The notes beneath the pieces were generated by a model. That model was not told the origin of the DNA. It worked only from the letters and a program-made list of their open reading frames with translations, and did not search any database. The position numbers and the translations under genes are program-made. A stretch of 64,000 nucleotides of DNA from a virus. Positions 1 through 9,206 of the stretch are shown piece by piece; within the stretch, counting starts at the first letter, position 1, and the number at the start of each line of letters is the position of its first letter. The stretch lies in the IMG/VR virus record IMGVR_UViG_3300027797_000025, positions 4,230-68,229 of that record. One strand, written 5' to 3'.

Positions 1-628
1 AAAGATTATTCAATACGCGCATGGTTTGGAAAGAGTTAATGAATTAATCCTTGTAAGCCTTGCAGTCAAAGAACCTGAAACATTTATTTGGGATCCTAAT
101 TCCAGCACTGTGCCTCTAAAACAAGGCCAGGCTGCTCAGTTAGACCCTAACGACCCAATAACCTTTCAAAACTATGTTTATTTCCCACAGCCACTGCCTC
201 TAGATAAACTTATTGCACTTAACGAAATTCAAAGCAAGCTGTCTCTAGGCCTTGAATCTAAAGAAGGTGCCCTACGAGCACTTGGGGAAGAGTTCCCAGC
301 GGCAAAACTTACAGAAATTCGTCAAGAACTTATTGAAGATGCTAAATCTGATGGCGCTCTTAAGTTGGTACAGACTCAAATTGAAAATGACATCATGATG
401 TTAACTGGTATGCAGTCAGCACAGCTAGGGCCTGGCGGAGGCCCAGCTCAGCCTGTAGGCGGCGGAGGCCCTGAAGCAGGAGTTCCTCAGTCTGTATTAC
501 CTCCAGTAATTGACGACGCAACTATTGCCGCACAGATGGGCGACCAAGCCTTGCGCGGCAACCTCGTCACACAAGCTTATGGAACCCAACTCCCACAGAG
601 GCGTGTTCCAGAAGGCTATGAAAATTAA
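1..628 (+). CDS. Portal protein, C-terminal part (truncated by window start)
   Basis: Frame is open from position 2 (KIIQYAHGLERVNE...). It lies directly upstream of scaffold and capsid genes and has a portal-like C-terminus (LGLESKEGALRALGEEFP) followed by a Gly/Pro-rich tail. Confidence 0.7.
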   Translation, partial: KIIQYAHGLERVNELILVSLAVKEPETFIWDPNSSTVPLKQGQAAQLDPNDPITFQNYVYFPQPLPLDKLIALNEIQSKLSLGLESKEGALRALGEEFPAAKLTEIRQELIEDAKSDGALKLVQTQIENDIMMLTGMQSAQLGPGGGPAQPVGGGGPEAGVPQSVLPPVIDDATIAAQMGDQALRGNLVTQAYGTQLPQRRVPEGYEN

Positions 629-745
629 AGGTGTTTAGCCTGTAATTTTTCATAGGGATAGAGAAAATAAACTCGTAATACAACGTTTGGTCACTCGTGC
701 TCTTACTTCGGACAACGACCCCTAGGATATAAAGGATGTATAAAA

Positions 746-1519
746 ATGGAAAATGCAGAAACTATGGCAGCTGCTTTTGAAGCAGAAGCTAATACAGCTC
801 CAGTTGTAAATGTGTCGGGCGTTGACGCGCCGACTGTTACTGATTCTACTAGTCTTAATAAGTTTTATACTGACGAAGATTTAGCAAGAGTCCGACATCA
901 AGAAAAGGATAAGCTCTACCCTCAAATTGAAAGTTTGAAGGAAGAACTTAATTCGCTACGAAAAGAAAAAGAAGAAGAAGCATCTCGTCGTACTGCAGAC
1001 GCGCAAGCAGAAGCAGAACGGGCAAGAGTAGAAGCATTGTCGGAACTAGATTCCAAGTCATATGCAGATGCTCGATTGTCAGAGTTGCAGGAGCAGTTGG
1101 AGCGTGAGCGTACCGAACGCGAACGAGCCTTCGCTCTTCTGGAGCAAGAAAAGTTATATGCAGATTTACAATTTTATCGTACGCAAGTAGTTGAAGAAGA
1201 ACGTGACAATATCATTCCGCAGCTAGTTGATTTTATTCAGGGTAATACCCGCGAAGAGATCGCTGAAAGCGTAGAACGATTGAAGGAACGTTCAGCAAGT
1301 ATTCTTGAATCTGCGCAATCTGCTATGCAGACCGCCAGAAAAGAAATGAAGGGAACGAGCATTTCTGCTCCTCCCGCTGGACCACTGGAAACTAATATGG
1401 AGCAACGTACCCTTACGCCACAAGAAATTGCGGCAATGCCGATGAACGAATACGCAAAATATAGAGAACGACTCATGAGCGACACCGCTCGTGGGAAGTC
1501 TCGCGGGCTGTTCGGTTAA
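746..1519 (+). CDS. Capsid scaffolding protein
   Basis: Highly charged coiled coil (E/R/K-rich) between portal and capsid genes; C-terminal 'IAAMPMNEYAKYRERL' is typical of scaffolds; AAGGA RBS. Confidence 0.8.
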   Translation: MENAETMAAAFEAEANTAPVVNVSGVDAPTVTDSTSLNKFYTDEDLARVRHQEKDKLYPQIESLKEELNSLRKEKEEEASRRTADAQAEAERARVEALSELDSKSYADARLSELQEQLERERTERERAFALLEQEKLYADLQFYRTQVVEEERDNIIPQLVDFIQGNTREEIAESVERLKERSASILESAQSAMQTARKEMKGTSISAPPAGPLETNMEQRTLTPQEIAAMPMNEYAKYRERLMSDTARGKSRGLFG

Positions 1520-1554
1520 CCCCCAACCCAAAATCTAACAAGGAGTCAATTTAA

Positions 1555-2625
1555 ATGGCATCATCCATTACAGGTACTGGCAATTTAGCCGCTGCGCCTA
1601 CCGCGTACTCAGGTACCAATACCCAACTGACTCAAGCGATTCAGACAATCTGGTCTAAGGAAATTCTTTTCCAGGCCATGCCAATCCTTCGCTTTGAGCA
1701 GTTTGCAGTTAAGAAGACAGAACTAGGCGTAGCGCCTGGTCTTCAGATTAACTTTATGCGTTATAACAACCTCGGCTTTGCGGGTTCACTCGTTGAAGGC
1801 GTTCGTATGCAAACTAACGCACTAACAGCACAACAGTTCTCAATCACAGTATCTGAGCATGGTTATGCTCTTGCTGTTTCAGAGCTACTTCTAAACGCTT
1901 CATTTGATGACGTAATGGCTTCAGCCTCACGTCTTCTAGGTCGTAACATGGCTATCTATCTAGATCAGCTTTCACGCGACACACTTTATGCAGCAACTTC
2001 AACAATTTACGGTGAAGACCGCTCAGGTCTTACAGCCGCAAATGACTGGTATGGAGACGGCACAAAGGGAACATCCCGTGCTTCTATGACAGGCGCGTTT
2101 AACTTAACAACAAAGACAGTTAAAGACGCAGTTGAGACACTTGCTACAAAGAACATCCCTCGCCTAGGTGAGACATATGTTGCTTTTATTCACCCACACC
2201 AAAGCCGTAAGCTTCGTGACAATCCAGAATTTATTGAAGTCACAAAGTACGCAGCTCCAGGTAACTTCATGCTTGGTGAGATTGGCCGCCTATACGACAC
2301 AGTATTCATTGAGACCACACAGGTTCTCAAGGTTGCTGGTGGCGCTGGTGCCTCTTACACCACAGACACAGCTGTTGCTAACCCAACAGTAACTGCTGGT
2401 GGAGGTTATACAACCCCTGCCACATTCACTGGCAACGGTGGTTCTGATCGTTATTCAGCTATCTTCATTGGAGATAACGCATTCGGTCACGCAATCTCAC
2501 TTCCAGTTGAACTTCGCGATGGCGGTATTCTTGACTTCGGTCGTGAGCACGCTCTTGCTTGGTACTCAATCTTCGGACTTGGTCTAATCACAGATCAATC
2601 TGTTGTTATTGCAGAAACCAACTAA
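1555..2625 (+). CDS. Major capsid protein (N4-gp56-like family)
   Basis: 356 aa; motifs 'LRFEQFA', 'LVEG', 'YVAFIHPHQ..KL', 'GEIGRLYDTVFIET', 'DFGREHALAWY'; AGGAG RBS; strongly biased codons. Confidence 0.9.
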   Translation: MASSITGTGNLAAAPTAYSGTNTQLTQAIQTIWSKEILFQAMPILRFEQFAVKKTELGVAPGLQINFMRYNNLGFAGSLVEGVRMQTNALTAQQFSITVSEHGYALAVSELLLNASFDDVMASASRLLGRNMAIYLDQLSRDTLYAATSTIYGEDRSGLTAANDWYGDGTKGTSRASMTGAFNLTTKTVKDAVETLATKNIPRLGETYVAFIHPHQSRKLRDNPEFIEVTKYAAPGNFMLGEIGRLYDTVFIETTQVLKVAGGAGASYTTDTAVANPTVTAGGGYTTPATFTGNGGSDRYSAIFIGDNAFGHAISLPVELRDGGILDFGREHALAWYSIFGLGLITDQSVVIAETN

Positions 2626-2637
2626 TACAACTGAATA

Positions 2638-2694
2638 GTGATGGGGCGAGGATAAGCAAGGGCTGAAACCACGCCCGCACTCTCGCCCCATCAC
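2638..2694 (+). other. Structured RNA element after the capsid stop codon (13-bp stem with nested hairpin)
   Basis: GTGATGGGGCGAG (2638-2650) is the exact reverse complement of CTCGCCCCATCAC (2682-2694); internal GGGC/GCCC pair; no U-tract. Confidence 0.6.
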
Positions 2695-2727
2695 ACCCTT
2701 CCACAGTCACTAATTAGGAGAATATAA

Positions 2728-3090
2728 ATGGCTACAAAAAAGCCCACCGATGTAACTGGTCGCATGCGTGAGCAGCAACTAGAAGATAATCTAGAAGTTA
2801 TGCAGGAACGAGCAGCAGAGATGTCTATGGCATCGGCTACTGCCGCTGTACGACTTGAAACAGAAGTTATTGATGCTACTACGCCAGACCGTCAAACTAT
2901 AATTGTTGATGAAGTAATCACCGTAGGTGATTCAAATGACACAGTTGAAATTCGTGTTATTGAAACAATTGAAAACATGACGCTTGGCGCAGGCAATAAC
3001 TACAACTTCAAAGCTGGTCAAAAGTACAAAGTCACTAAACAAGTAGCTCAACACCTTAAGGAAAAAGGCTACCTCGCAGGCGTAATCTAA
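2728..3090 (+). CDS. Hypothetical head-module protein
   Basis: AGGAG RBS; C-terminal 'YNFKAGQKYKVTKQVAQHLKEKGYL' small domain; follows the capsid gene. Confidence 0.7.
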   Translation: MATKKPTDVTGRMREQQLEDNLEVMQERAAEMSMASATAAVRLETEVIDATTPDRQTIIVDEVITVGDSNDTVEIRVIETIENMTLGAGNNYNFKAGQKYKVTKQVAQHLKEKGYLAGVI

Positions 3091-3097
3091 ATCAGTT

Positions 3098-3136
3098 AGA
3101 CGCGGGGGGCGGGCTTTCGGGCCCGCTTCTTCGTTT
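3098..3136 (+). terminator. Intrinsic terminator
   Basis: GC-rich stem GCGGGCT-TTCG-GGCCCGC followed by a pyrimidine/T tract. Confidence 0.75.
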
Positions 3137-3193
3137 ATTAAGACTTTTTCTTTAAAAAGTGACACCATGTAACCTGAAAGGTAAGGATTAATA

Positions 3194-4252
3194 ATGGCCC
3201 TACTTGCAGACTTGGTAGCACGAGTTCGTACTGAATTAGGAGACTCTAAAAAGCAGTTTAAGTTTACCGATACAGGTACAGGCTCTGAAAAGAGCTTCTA
3301 TTTAAATGCAAAACCTGTTGAATTAACAGGGCTATATGTAACTGTAGCGGGCACGGCTATTGCGTACCCAGCTGGCTATACCCTTGAAAGTGGTATTGGC
3401 GTCATTCACTTTGTAACCGCCCCAGCCCTTAACGCTGCAATTGTAGTTGAAGGCATGTCTTCAAGATACTTCCTAGATACCGAACTTGAAGAGTTCATTA
3501 ACACGGCCGTTCTACAGCACACAGACAACCGTACAGACCAGTTTGGTACCCAAGTAACCCTAGCCTCTCTACCGCCTGTTGAAGAGTACCCTGTGGCCAT
3601 TTTGTCGGCTATTGAGGGCCTATGGACACTCGCAACTGACGCCGCTTTTGACATTAACATCACTGCTCCAGATGGGGTTGTAATCCCACGCGCACAGCGC
3701 TATACCCAGTTAACTGGAATTATTACCCAACGTGTAGAGCAGTACAAGCAACTATGCGCCGCACTTAACATTGGTTTGTGGCGGTTGGAGATGGGCACTC
3801 TACGCAGAGTCTCACGAACAACTAACAAGCTAGTCCCTATCTACCTAGCTCAAGAAATTGATGATTCTCGCAAACCAGAGCGTATTTATATTAATAATGA
3901 TTTGAAGGGGAGAACCCCACTACCCTCTTACGCGGGCACCTATGACATTATTCTTTATCAGGGTGATAACTGGTCGGGCACATTTGATTTCCCATTTGAT
4001 GTAACTAATTTAAATTTTAAAGCTCAAGTACGAACCTATCCAAATAGCCCAGCTATTTACGCAACATTTACAATTACTAAAACCAGCGCTGTTAACGGAA
4101 CTATTCTATTAACTCTTCCATCAAGTGCTACTAAGTACATGCCTGTGCGAGCCTTTTGGGATCTACAAGCGACTATGGATTCTGACCCCAACTTTGAGCA
4201 GACGTATGTTAGAGGCCAAATATTTACTCAACAACAAGTAACATTGGATTAA
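3194..4252 (+). CDS. Head-to-tail adaptor/neck protein with extra beta-rich domains
   Basis: N-terminal 'LADLVARVRTELGD' and 'YFLDTELEEFI' adaptor-like helices; C-terminal BppU-like 'LYQGDNWSGTF...WDLQ...YVRG' domain. Confidence 0.6.
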   Translation: MALLADLVARVRTELGDSKKQFKFTDTGTGSEKSFYLNAKPVELTGLYVTVAGTAIAYPAGYTLESGIGVIHFVTAPALNAAIVVEGMSSRYFLDTELEEFINTAVLQHTDNRTDQFGTQVTLASLPPVEEYPVAILSAIEGLWTLATDAAFDINITAPDGVVIPRAQRYTQLTGIITQRVEQYKQLCAALNIGLWRLEMGTLRRVSRTTNKLVPIYLAQEIDDSRKPERIYINNDLKGRTPLPSYAGTYDIILYQGDNWSGTFDFPFDVTNLNFKAQVRTYPNSPAIYATFTITKTSAVNGTILLTLPSSATKYMPVRAFWDLQATMDSDPNFEQTYVRGQIFTQQQVTLD

Positions 4253-4253
4253 T

Positions 4254-4550
4254 ATGACAATTCCTACTCACGTTCCTATTGTCGTTACAGTTACGCCGCC
4301 AGCAGCACCATCAATAACTATAAACGATATTGTAGTTAGCGGTATAAACTCCCCCGCAGTCGCGTATCATCATACGCAGGGAACTTCCTCAGCTACTTGG
4401 GTTATTGCTCATAACTTGGGGTGGAAACCTAACGTTACCGTTCAGGACTCAGGCGGTTCAATCGTAGAGGGCGAAATTGTCTATACGAGCGTGAACTCCC
4501 TTACCGTTACTTTTACTGGCGCATTCAGCGGCAACGCGTATCTTTCTTAA
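4254..4550 (+). CDS. Small virion fibre-associated protein
   Basis: 'WVIAHNLGWKPNVTVQD...TVTFTGAFSGNAYLS' fibre-tip-like beta module; a similar 'THNLG' module ends the next gene. Confidence 0.6.
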   Translation: MTIPTHVPIVVTVTPPAAPSITINDIVVSGINSPAVAYHHTQGTSSATWVIAHNLGWKPNVTVQDSGGSIVEGEIVYTSVNSLTVTFTGAFSGNAYLS

Positions 4551-4562
4551 AGGAGAAGGTAA

Positions 4563-6026
4563 ATGGCACGTAAGTTTTTAACCGCACTTGATTTAGGTAA
4601 GAACGAGCTTCAAAACGCTAAAGTTCAAAACCTAGCAACTGACCCAGCAAGTCCTGTCCTTGGTCAAATCTATTACAACACCGTATCTAATGAAATGCGT
4701 ATCTATAACGGTACGATATTTGAAGCCATTGGTCTTAACGGTGTTACCGCAGATGCTGCGGAAATTAACATCCTTGACGGCGCTACCCTTACCACTACAG
4801 AGCTTAATTATGTAGACGGCGTAACCTCTGCAATCCAGACACAGATTGATACTAAATCTCCGTCAGCTAACCCAACTTTTACTGGCACAGTAACACTTGA
4901 TACTGGCGTTAACATCGTCTTTGAAGGTGCAACAGCCAACGCATTTGAAGCCACCCTTACAGCTGGTGACCCAACAGCAGATCGAACAATCACTCTTCCA
5001 GACCTTACAACAACTCTTGTAGGTCAAGATACAACCGACACTCTTACTAACAAGACACTTACTAGCCCAACAATTTCAGGTCTTACTCTTTCAGATGGGT
5101 CAATCGTTGTTGAAGGCGCTACTGCAGATGCCTACGAAACTACGCTCTCATTTGTAGACCCGACCGCAGATCGCACAATCTATGTGCCAAATGCTGACGG
5201 TACTTTAGCTCGCGTTGAAAACAAGCTTCACGATTTTGCTGTAGCTACTGCTTCAGTAGATCTTAACAGCCAAAAGATTACAAACCTTGCAACACCTACA
5301 ACTGCAACAGACGCCGCTAACAAGGGCTACGTTGACGCAGCTGTTGTTGGTATTGATTGGAAAGCCTCTGTTCGTGTGGCAACAACAGCAGCTGTTACTT
5401 TAGCAACAGCTTTTGAAAACGGAGATACTCTTGACGGAGTAACTCTTGCCACAGGTAACCGCGTTCTTGTTAAAGACCAAGCGGATGGATCAGAGAACGG
5501 TATCTATACAGTAAACGCTTCTGGTGCCCCTACCCGAGCAACTGATGCCGATACCGCAGCTGAAATCACAGCTTCTTTTGCAGTATTTGTAGAAGAAGGC
5601 ACTGTCAACGCAGACTCAGCGTGGACACTTACAAACAACGGAACAGTTACTGTTGGAACTACCGTTCTTGTCTTTACTCAGTTTACAGGTCTTGGCCAAA
5701 TCACAGCTGGTGCTGGTCTAACTAAGGCAGCTAACACTCTTGACGTTGGTGCAGGCACTGGTATTACGGTTAATGCTAACGATGTAGCAATTGACACCGC
5801 GGTAGTTGTTCGCAAGTACGCAGTTAGCCTTGGAGATGGATCAGCTACCTCTTACACAATCACACACAACTTAGGTACTCGCGATGTAACAGTTGCTCTC
5901 TACGAAGTCGCTTCACCATACGCTGAAGTAGTAGCAGATATTGAACACACAACTACAAACACCATCACAGTTAAGTTCTCAGTAGCACCTACAACTGATC
6001 AGTTCCGCGTAGCCGTACAGGGATAA
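4563..6026 (+). CDS. Fibre/collar structural protein
   Basis: Thr/Ala-rich; 'KITNLATPT...DAANKGYVD' motif and 'RVLVKDQADGSENGIY' domain common in phage fibres. Confidence 0.75.
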   Translation: MARKFLTALDLGKNELQNAKVQNLATDPASPVLGQIYYNTVSNEMRIYNGTIFEAIGLNGVTADAAEINILDGATLTTTELNYVDGVTSAIQTQIDTKSPSANPTFTGTVTLDTGVNIVFEGATANAFEATLTAGDPTADRTITLPDLTTTLVGQDTTDTLTNKTLTSPTISGLTLSDGSIVVEGATADAYETTLSFVDPTADRTIYVPNADGTLARVENKLHDFAVATASVDLNSQKITNLATPTTATDAANKGYVDAAVVGIDWKASVRVATTAAVTLATAFENGDTLDGVTLATGNRVLVKDQADGSENGIYTVNASGAPTRATDADTAAEITASFAVFVEEGTVNADSAWTLTNNGTVTVGTTVLVFTQFTGLGQITAGAGLTKAANTLDVGAGTGITVNANDVAIDTAVVVRKYAVSLGDGSATSYTITHNLGTRDVTVALYEVASPYAEVVADIEHTTTNTITVKFSVAPTTDQFRVAVQG

Positions 6027-6029
6027 CCC

Positions 6030-6491
6030 ATGAGCCGTAAATCGCTCGTACCTGTAAACGTTCCTGCACTAGCTAGTGCTCCGAGCACGCCTACTTTACG
6101 CACGGGTGACTTGTACTTTAATACGGCTGACTCAACCCTCTACAGCTATAACGGCACAGCCTGGGCTGCATCTAGTGGTGCTGGCGGTGGTATTGCTGCC
6201 GCCGCCTCATCCGCACCAGGTTCTCCAGTAGATGGGCAGTTATGGTTTAACACAGTATCAAGTCATCTATCTGTTTATTCTGCAGGAGCTGCTGACTGGA
6301 TTGTGCTTGCTAATTTTGCAGACGACCTTAGACAACATATTCACGACACCGCGGTCGATGGTACTGGACTAATTATTTTTGTATTTGAAGATGCAGGGTT
6401 TTATGACGAAACCTTCTTTCTATCTACAGCAGATGCTGGATTTTACGATACAACATCCTGGGCTAGTAGTTACGACGGCGCAAGTCTCTGA
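6030..6491 (+). CDS. Short fibre/adaptor protein
   Basis: Two 'G(D/Q)L(Y/W)FNT....L..Y....W' fibre repeats; C-terminal DAGFYD repeats. Confidence 0.65.
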   Translation: MSRKSLVPVNVPALASAPSTPTLRTGDLYFNTADSTLYSYNGTAWAASSGAGGGIAAAASSAPGSPVDGQLWFNTVSSHLSVYSAGAADWIVLANFADDLRQHIHDTAVDGTGLIIFVFEDAGFYDETFFLSTADAGFYDTTSWASSYDGASL

Positions 6492-6523
6492 TATAGTAGT
6501 AAAGGTCTGGGAGGACATCTAAA

Positions 6524-9193
6524 ATGGCAACAAGAATGCAACAGCGTAGGGGCACTGCGGCGCAGTGGATCTCTACTAACAGTGGCAACGGTCCTATCCT
6601 AAACGCGGGCGAAATCGGATTTGAAAGCGATACAAATAAGTTTAAAATCGGTGACGGAATAAATCACTGGATAGCCCTTGATTACTTTTTAGATGCTAAT
6701 TCAACAGCAAATCCATCATTTGGTTCAAGTATCACATTTGAAGGCGCAACAGATAATACTTTTGAAACTACGGTTTCGGTAACTGATCCTACAGCTGATC
6801 GTACAATCACACTTCCAGATGCAACTGGCACAGTAGCACTTACTTCAGATGTTACAACACACGCAGACCTTACAGTAGCTCATGGCGCAACTGGTGCGGT
6901 AGTTGGAACAACTAATACACAAACCCTTACTAACAAGACTCTTACATCACCAGTAATCAATACACCTACTGGAATTACAAAGACAGACGTTGGTCTATCA
7001 AGTGTTGATAATACAACCGATGCTAATAAGCCAGTATCCACAGCAACACAAACAGCTCTTGATTTAAAAGCACCCCTAGCCTCACCGACCTTCACAGGTA
7101 CCGTATCCCTGGACACTGGTGTCAACCTTGTATTTGAAGGCGCAACAGCAGATGCTCACGAAACAACTTTAACAGTTACTGACCCCACCGCTGATCGGAC
7201 AATTACATTCCCAAATGCCACAGGAACAGTAGTTCTTGCTGACGGTGGCGGAAATGTAACGGTATCAGGAGACTTAACTGTATCGGGAGCAACAACTATT
7301 ATTAATAGTACAGTGCTTGAAGTTCAGAATGAAGTTAAATTTGAAGGCTCCACAGCAAATGATTTTGAAACTAGCCTTAAAGTTGTAGACCCTACAGCAG
7401 ATAGAGTTATTACATTTCCAGATGCTACTGGAACAGTTGCCATACTTGATACTACTCAAACATTGACTAATAAAACAATTAACTTAACTTCAAATACATT
7501 AACTGGTACAAAATCTAACTTTAATGCGGCGATGTCAGACGCAGACTTTGCAACACTTGATGGCACAGAGACACTAACAAATAAAACAATTAACTTAACT
7601 TCAAATACAGTAACCGCTACGCTTGCTCAATTAAATACAGCAGTGTCAGATGCTGATGTTGCTTCACTTGCTGGATCAGAAACGCTTACCAATAAAACTT
7701 TAACTTCTCCAAATGTTAACGAAGCAGTTGCTCTTTTAGCAACCTCTACAGAGTTAAACGTTCTTGATGGGATTACCTCATCCACAGCCGAACTAAACAT
7801 TCTTGATGGCGTAACATCTTCAACCGCAGAACTAAACATTCTTGATGGCGTAACAGCAACAACCGCACAAATAAATGTCCTTACAAGTTTAACCTCATCT
7901 GCAACAGAATTAAACATTCTTGATGGGGTCACAGCAACTACAGCAGAGATAAATAAACTTGCTGGAGTTACCGCAACTTCAGCTGAGATTAATACTTTAG
8001 CTGGACTTACGTCTACCGCTGCAGAATTAAACATTCTTGATGGCGCTACTCTTAGCGTAACAGAACTTAACTATGTTGATGGTGTCACTTCAGCTATTCA
8101 AACACAGTTAAACAATAAGCAAGCAGTTGTTGCTAATGTGTCAGATACTGAAATTGGATACCTAGATGGCGTTACCTCAGCTATTCAAACCCAGCTAAAC
8201 AATAAACAAGCAGTAGTTGCTAACGTGTCAGATGTTGAAATTGAATACCTTAACGGTGTTACTTCAGCTATTCAAACACAGATAGATACTAAAGCACCAC
8301 TAGCCTCTCCAACATTTACAGGTACTGTAACCCTGCCTTCGGGCGCTGTAACAAGCACAATGATTCTTGATGGAACCATTCTTAACGCAGACATTAATGC
8401 AACAGCAGCAATTGACTGGACAAAGCTTGGAATATCTTCAACAGTTTCTTCAACTGAAATTGGGTATGTAGATGGCGTAACTTCAGCTATTCAAACTCAG
8501 TTAGATGCAAAGTCACCTCTTGCATCACCTACTTTTACAGGAACAGTAAACGCAGCAGAACTTATTCTTTCTGGAGATCTAACGGTTAACGGAACTACCA
8601 CAACAATTAATTCAACTACACTAGCTGTGGATGATAAAAACATAGTAATTGGCGATGTTGCTACTCCTTCAGATGTAACTGCAGATGGTGGCGGTATTAC
8701 CCTTAAAGGCGCAACAGACAAAACCTTTAACTGGGTAGATGCAACAGACTCTTGGACCTCTTCAGAGCACATCAACCTTGCTTCAGGAAAAGACCTAAAG
8801 GTAAATGGAACTGCAGTTATTAGCTCAACTGCTGGTGGATTTATATTTACTGATGGCACACAGACAAAAGAAGGAACTCCTTCTCGTACACCAATTATTC
8901 AAAAGACAGATTCTTACACACTATCAGCATTAACTGAAAGAGATTCACTAATTGAAGTTGCAAAAGGATCTGCAGCAACAATTACAATTCCACTAAACTC
9001 AGCAGTAGCCTTCCCAGTTGGAACCTCAATTGATATTCTTCAAACCTCAACAGGTCAAGTAACAATTGCAGGAGATGCTGGAGTAACCGTAAATTCAACA
9101 CCAGGATTAAAACTTAGAACACAGTGGTCAACTGCAACTCTTTTCAAAAGAGCAGAAAACACCTGGGTTGTTTACGGCGATCTGACAGCGTAA
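6524..9193 (+). CDS. Long fibre protein with Mtd_N-like N-terminal domain and internal repeats
   Basis: N-terminal 'MATRMQQRRGTAAQW...GEIGFESDTNKFKIGDG'; repeats TLTNKT, ELNILDGVT, DGVTSAIQTQL, PLASPTFTGTV; C-terminal '...WVVYGDL'. Confidence 0.8.
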   Translation: MATRMQQRRGTAAQWISTNSGNGPILNAGEIGFESDTNKFKIGDGINHWIALDYFLDANSTANPSFGSSITFEGATDNTFETTVSVTDPTADRTITLPDATGTVALTSDVTTHADLTVAHGATGAVVGTTNTQTLTNKTLTSPVINTPTGITKTDVGLSSVDNTTDANKPVSTATQTALDLKAPLASPTFTGTVSLDTGVNLVFEGATADAHETTLTVTDPTADRTITFPNATGTVVLADGGGNVTVSGDLTVSGATTIINSTVLEVQNEVKFEGSTANDFETSLKVVDPTADRVITFPDATGTVAILDTTQTLTNKTINLTSNTLTGTKSNFNAAMSDADFATLDGTETLTNKTINLTSNTVTATLAQLNTAVSDADVASLAGSETLTNKTLTSPNVNEAVALLATSTELNVLDGITSSTAELNILDGVTSSTAELNILDGVTATTAQINVLTSLTSSATELNILDGVTATTAEINKLAGVTATSAEINTLAGLTSTAAELNILDGATLSVTELNYVDGVTSAIQTQLNNKQAVVANVSDTEIGYLDGVTSAIQTQLNNKQAVVANVSDVEIEYLNGVTSAIQTQIDTKAPLASPTFTGTVTLPSGAVTSTMILDGTILNADINATAAIDWTKLGISSTVSSTEIGYVDGVTSAIQTQLDAKSPLASPTFTGTVNAAELILSGDLTVNGTTTTINSTTLAVDDKNIVIGDVATPSDVTADGGGITLKGATDKTFNWVDATDSWTSSEHINLASGKDLKVNGTAVISSTAGGFIFTDGTQTKEGTPSRTPIIQKTDSYTLSALTERDSLIEVAKGSAATITIPLNSAVAFPVGTSIDILQTSTGQVTIAGDAGVTVNSTPGLKLRTQWSTATLFKRAENTWVVYGDLTA
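7740..8290 (+). repeat. Tandem ~13-aa coding repeats (ELNILDGVT-like) and DGVTSAIQTQ repeats in the fibre gene
   Basis: Repeated 'gaactaaacattcttgatggcgtaaca'-like ~39-bp units, visible in both DNA and protein. Confidence 0.85.
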
Positions 9194-9206
9194 TAGGGAA
9201 ATATAA

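Noticed and set aside
7740-8290. Regularly spaced ~39-bp repeats resembling a CRISPR array
   Set aside because: They are in-frame degenerate coding repeats inside a fibre gene, without unique spacers. The Cas4-like gene at 49581 is a standalone phage nuclease.
6524-9193. Diversity-generating retroelement suggested by the Mtd_N-like domain
   Set aside because: No reverse transcriptase and no template/variable repeat pair with adenine-specific differences was seen in the window.
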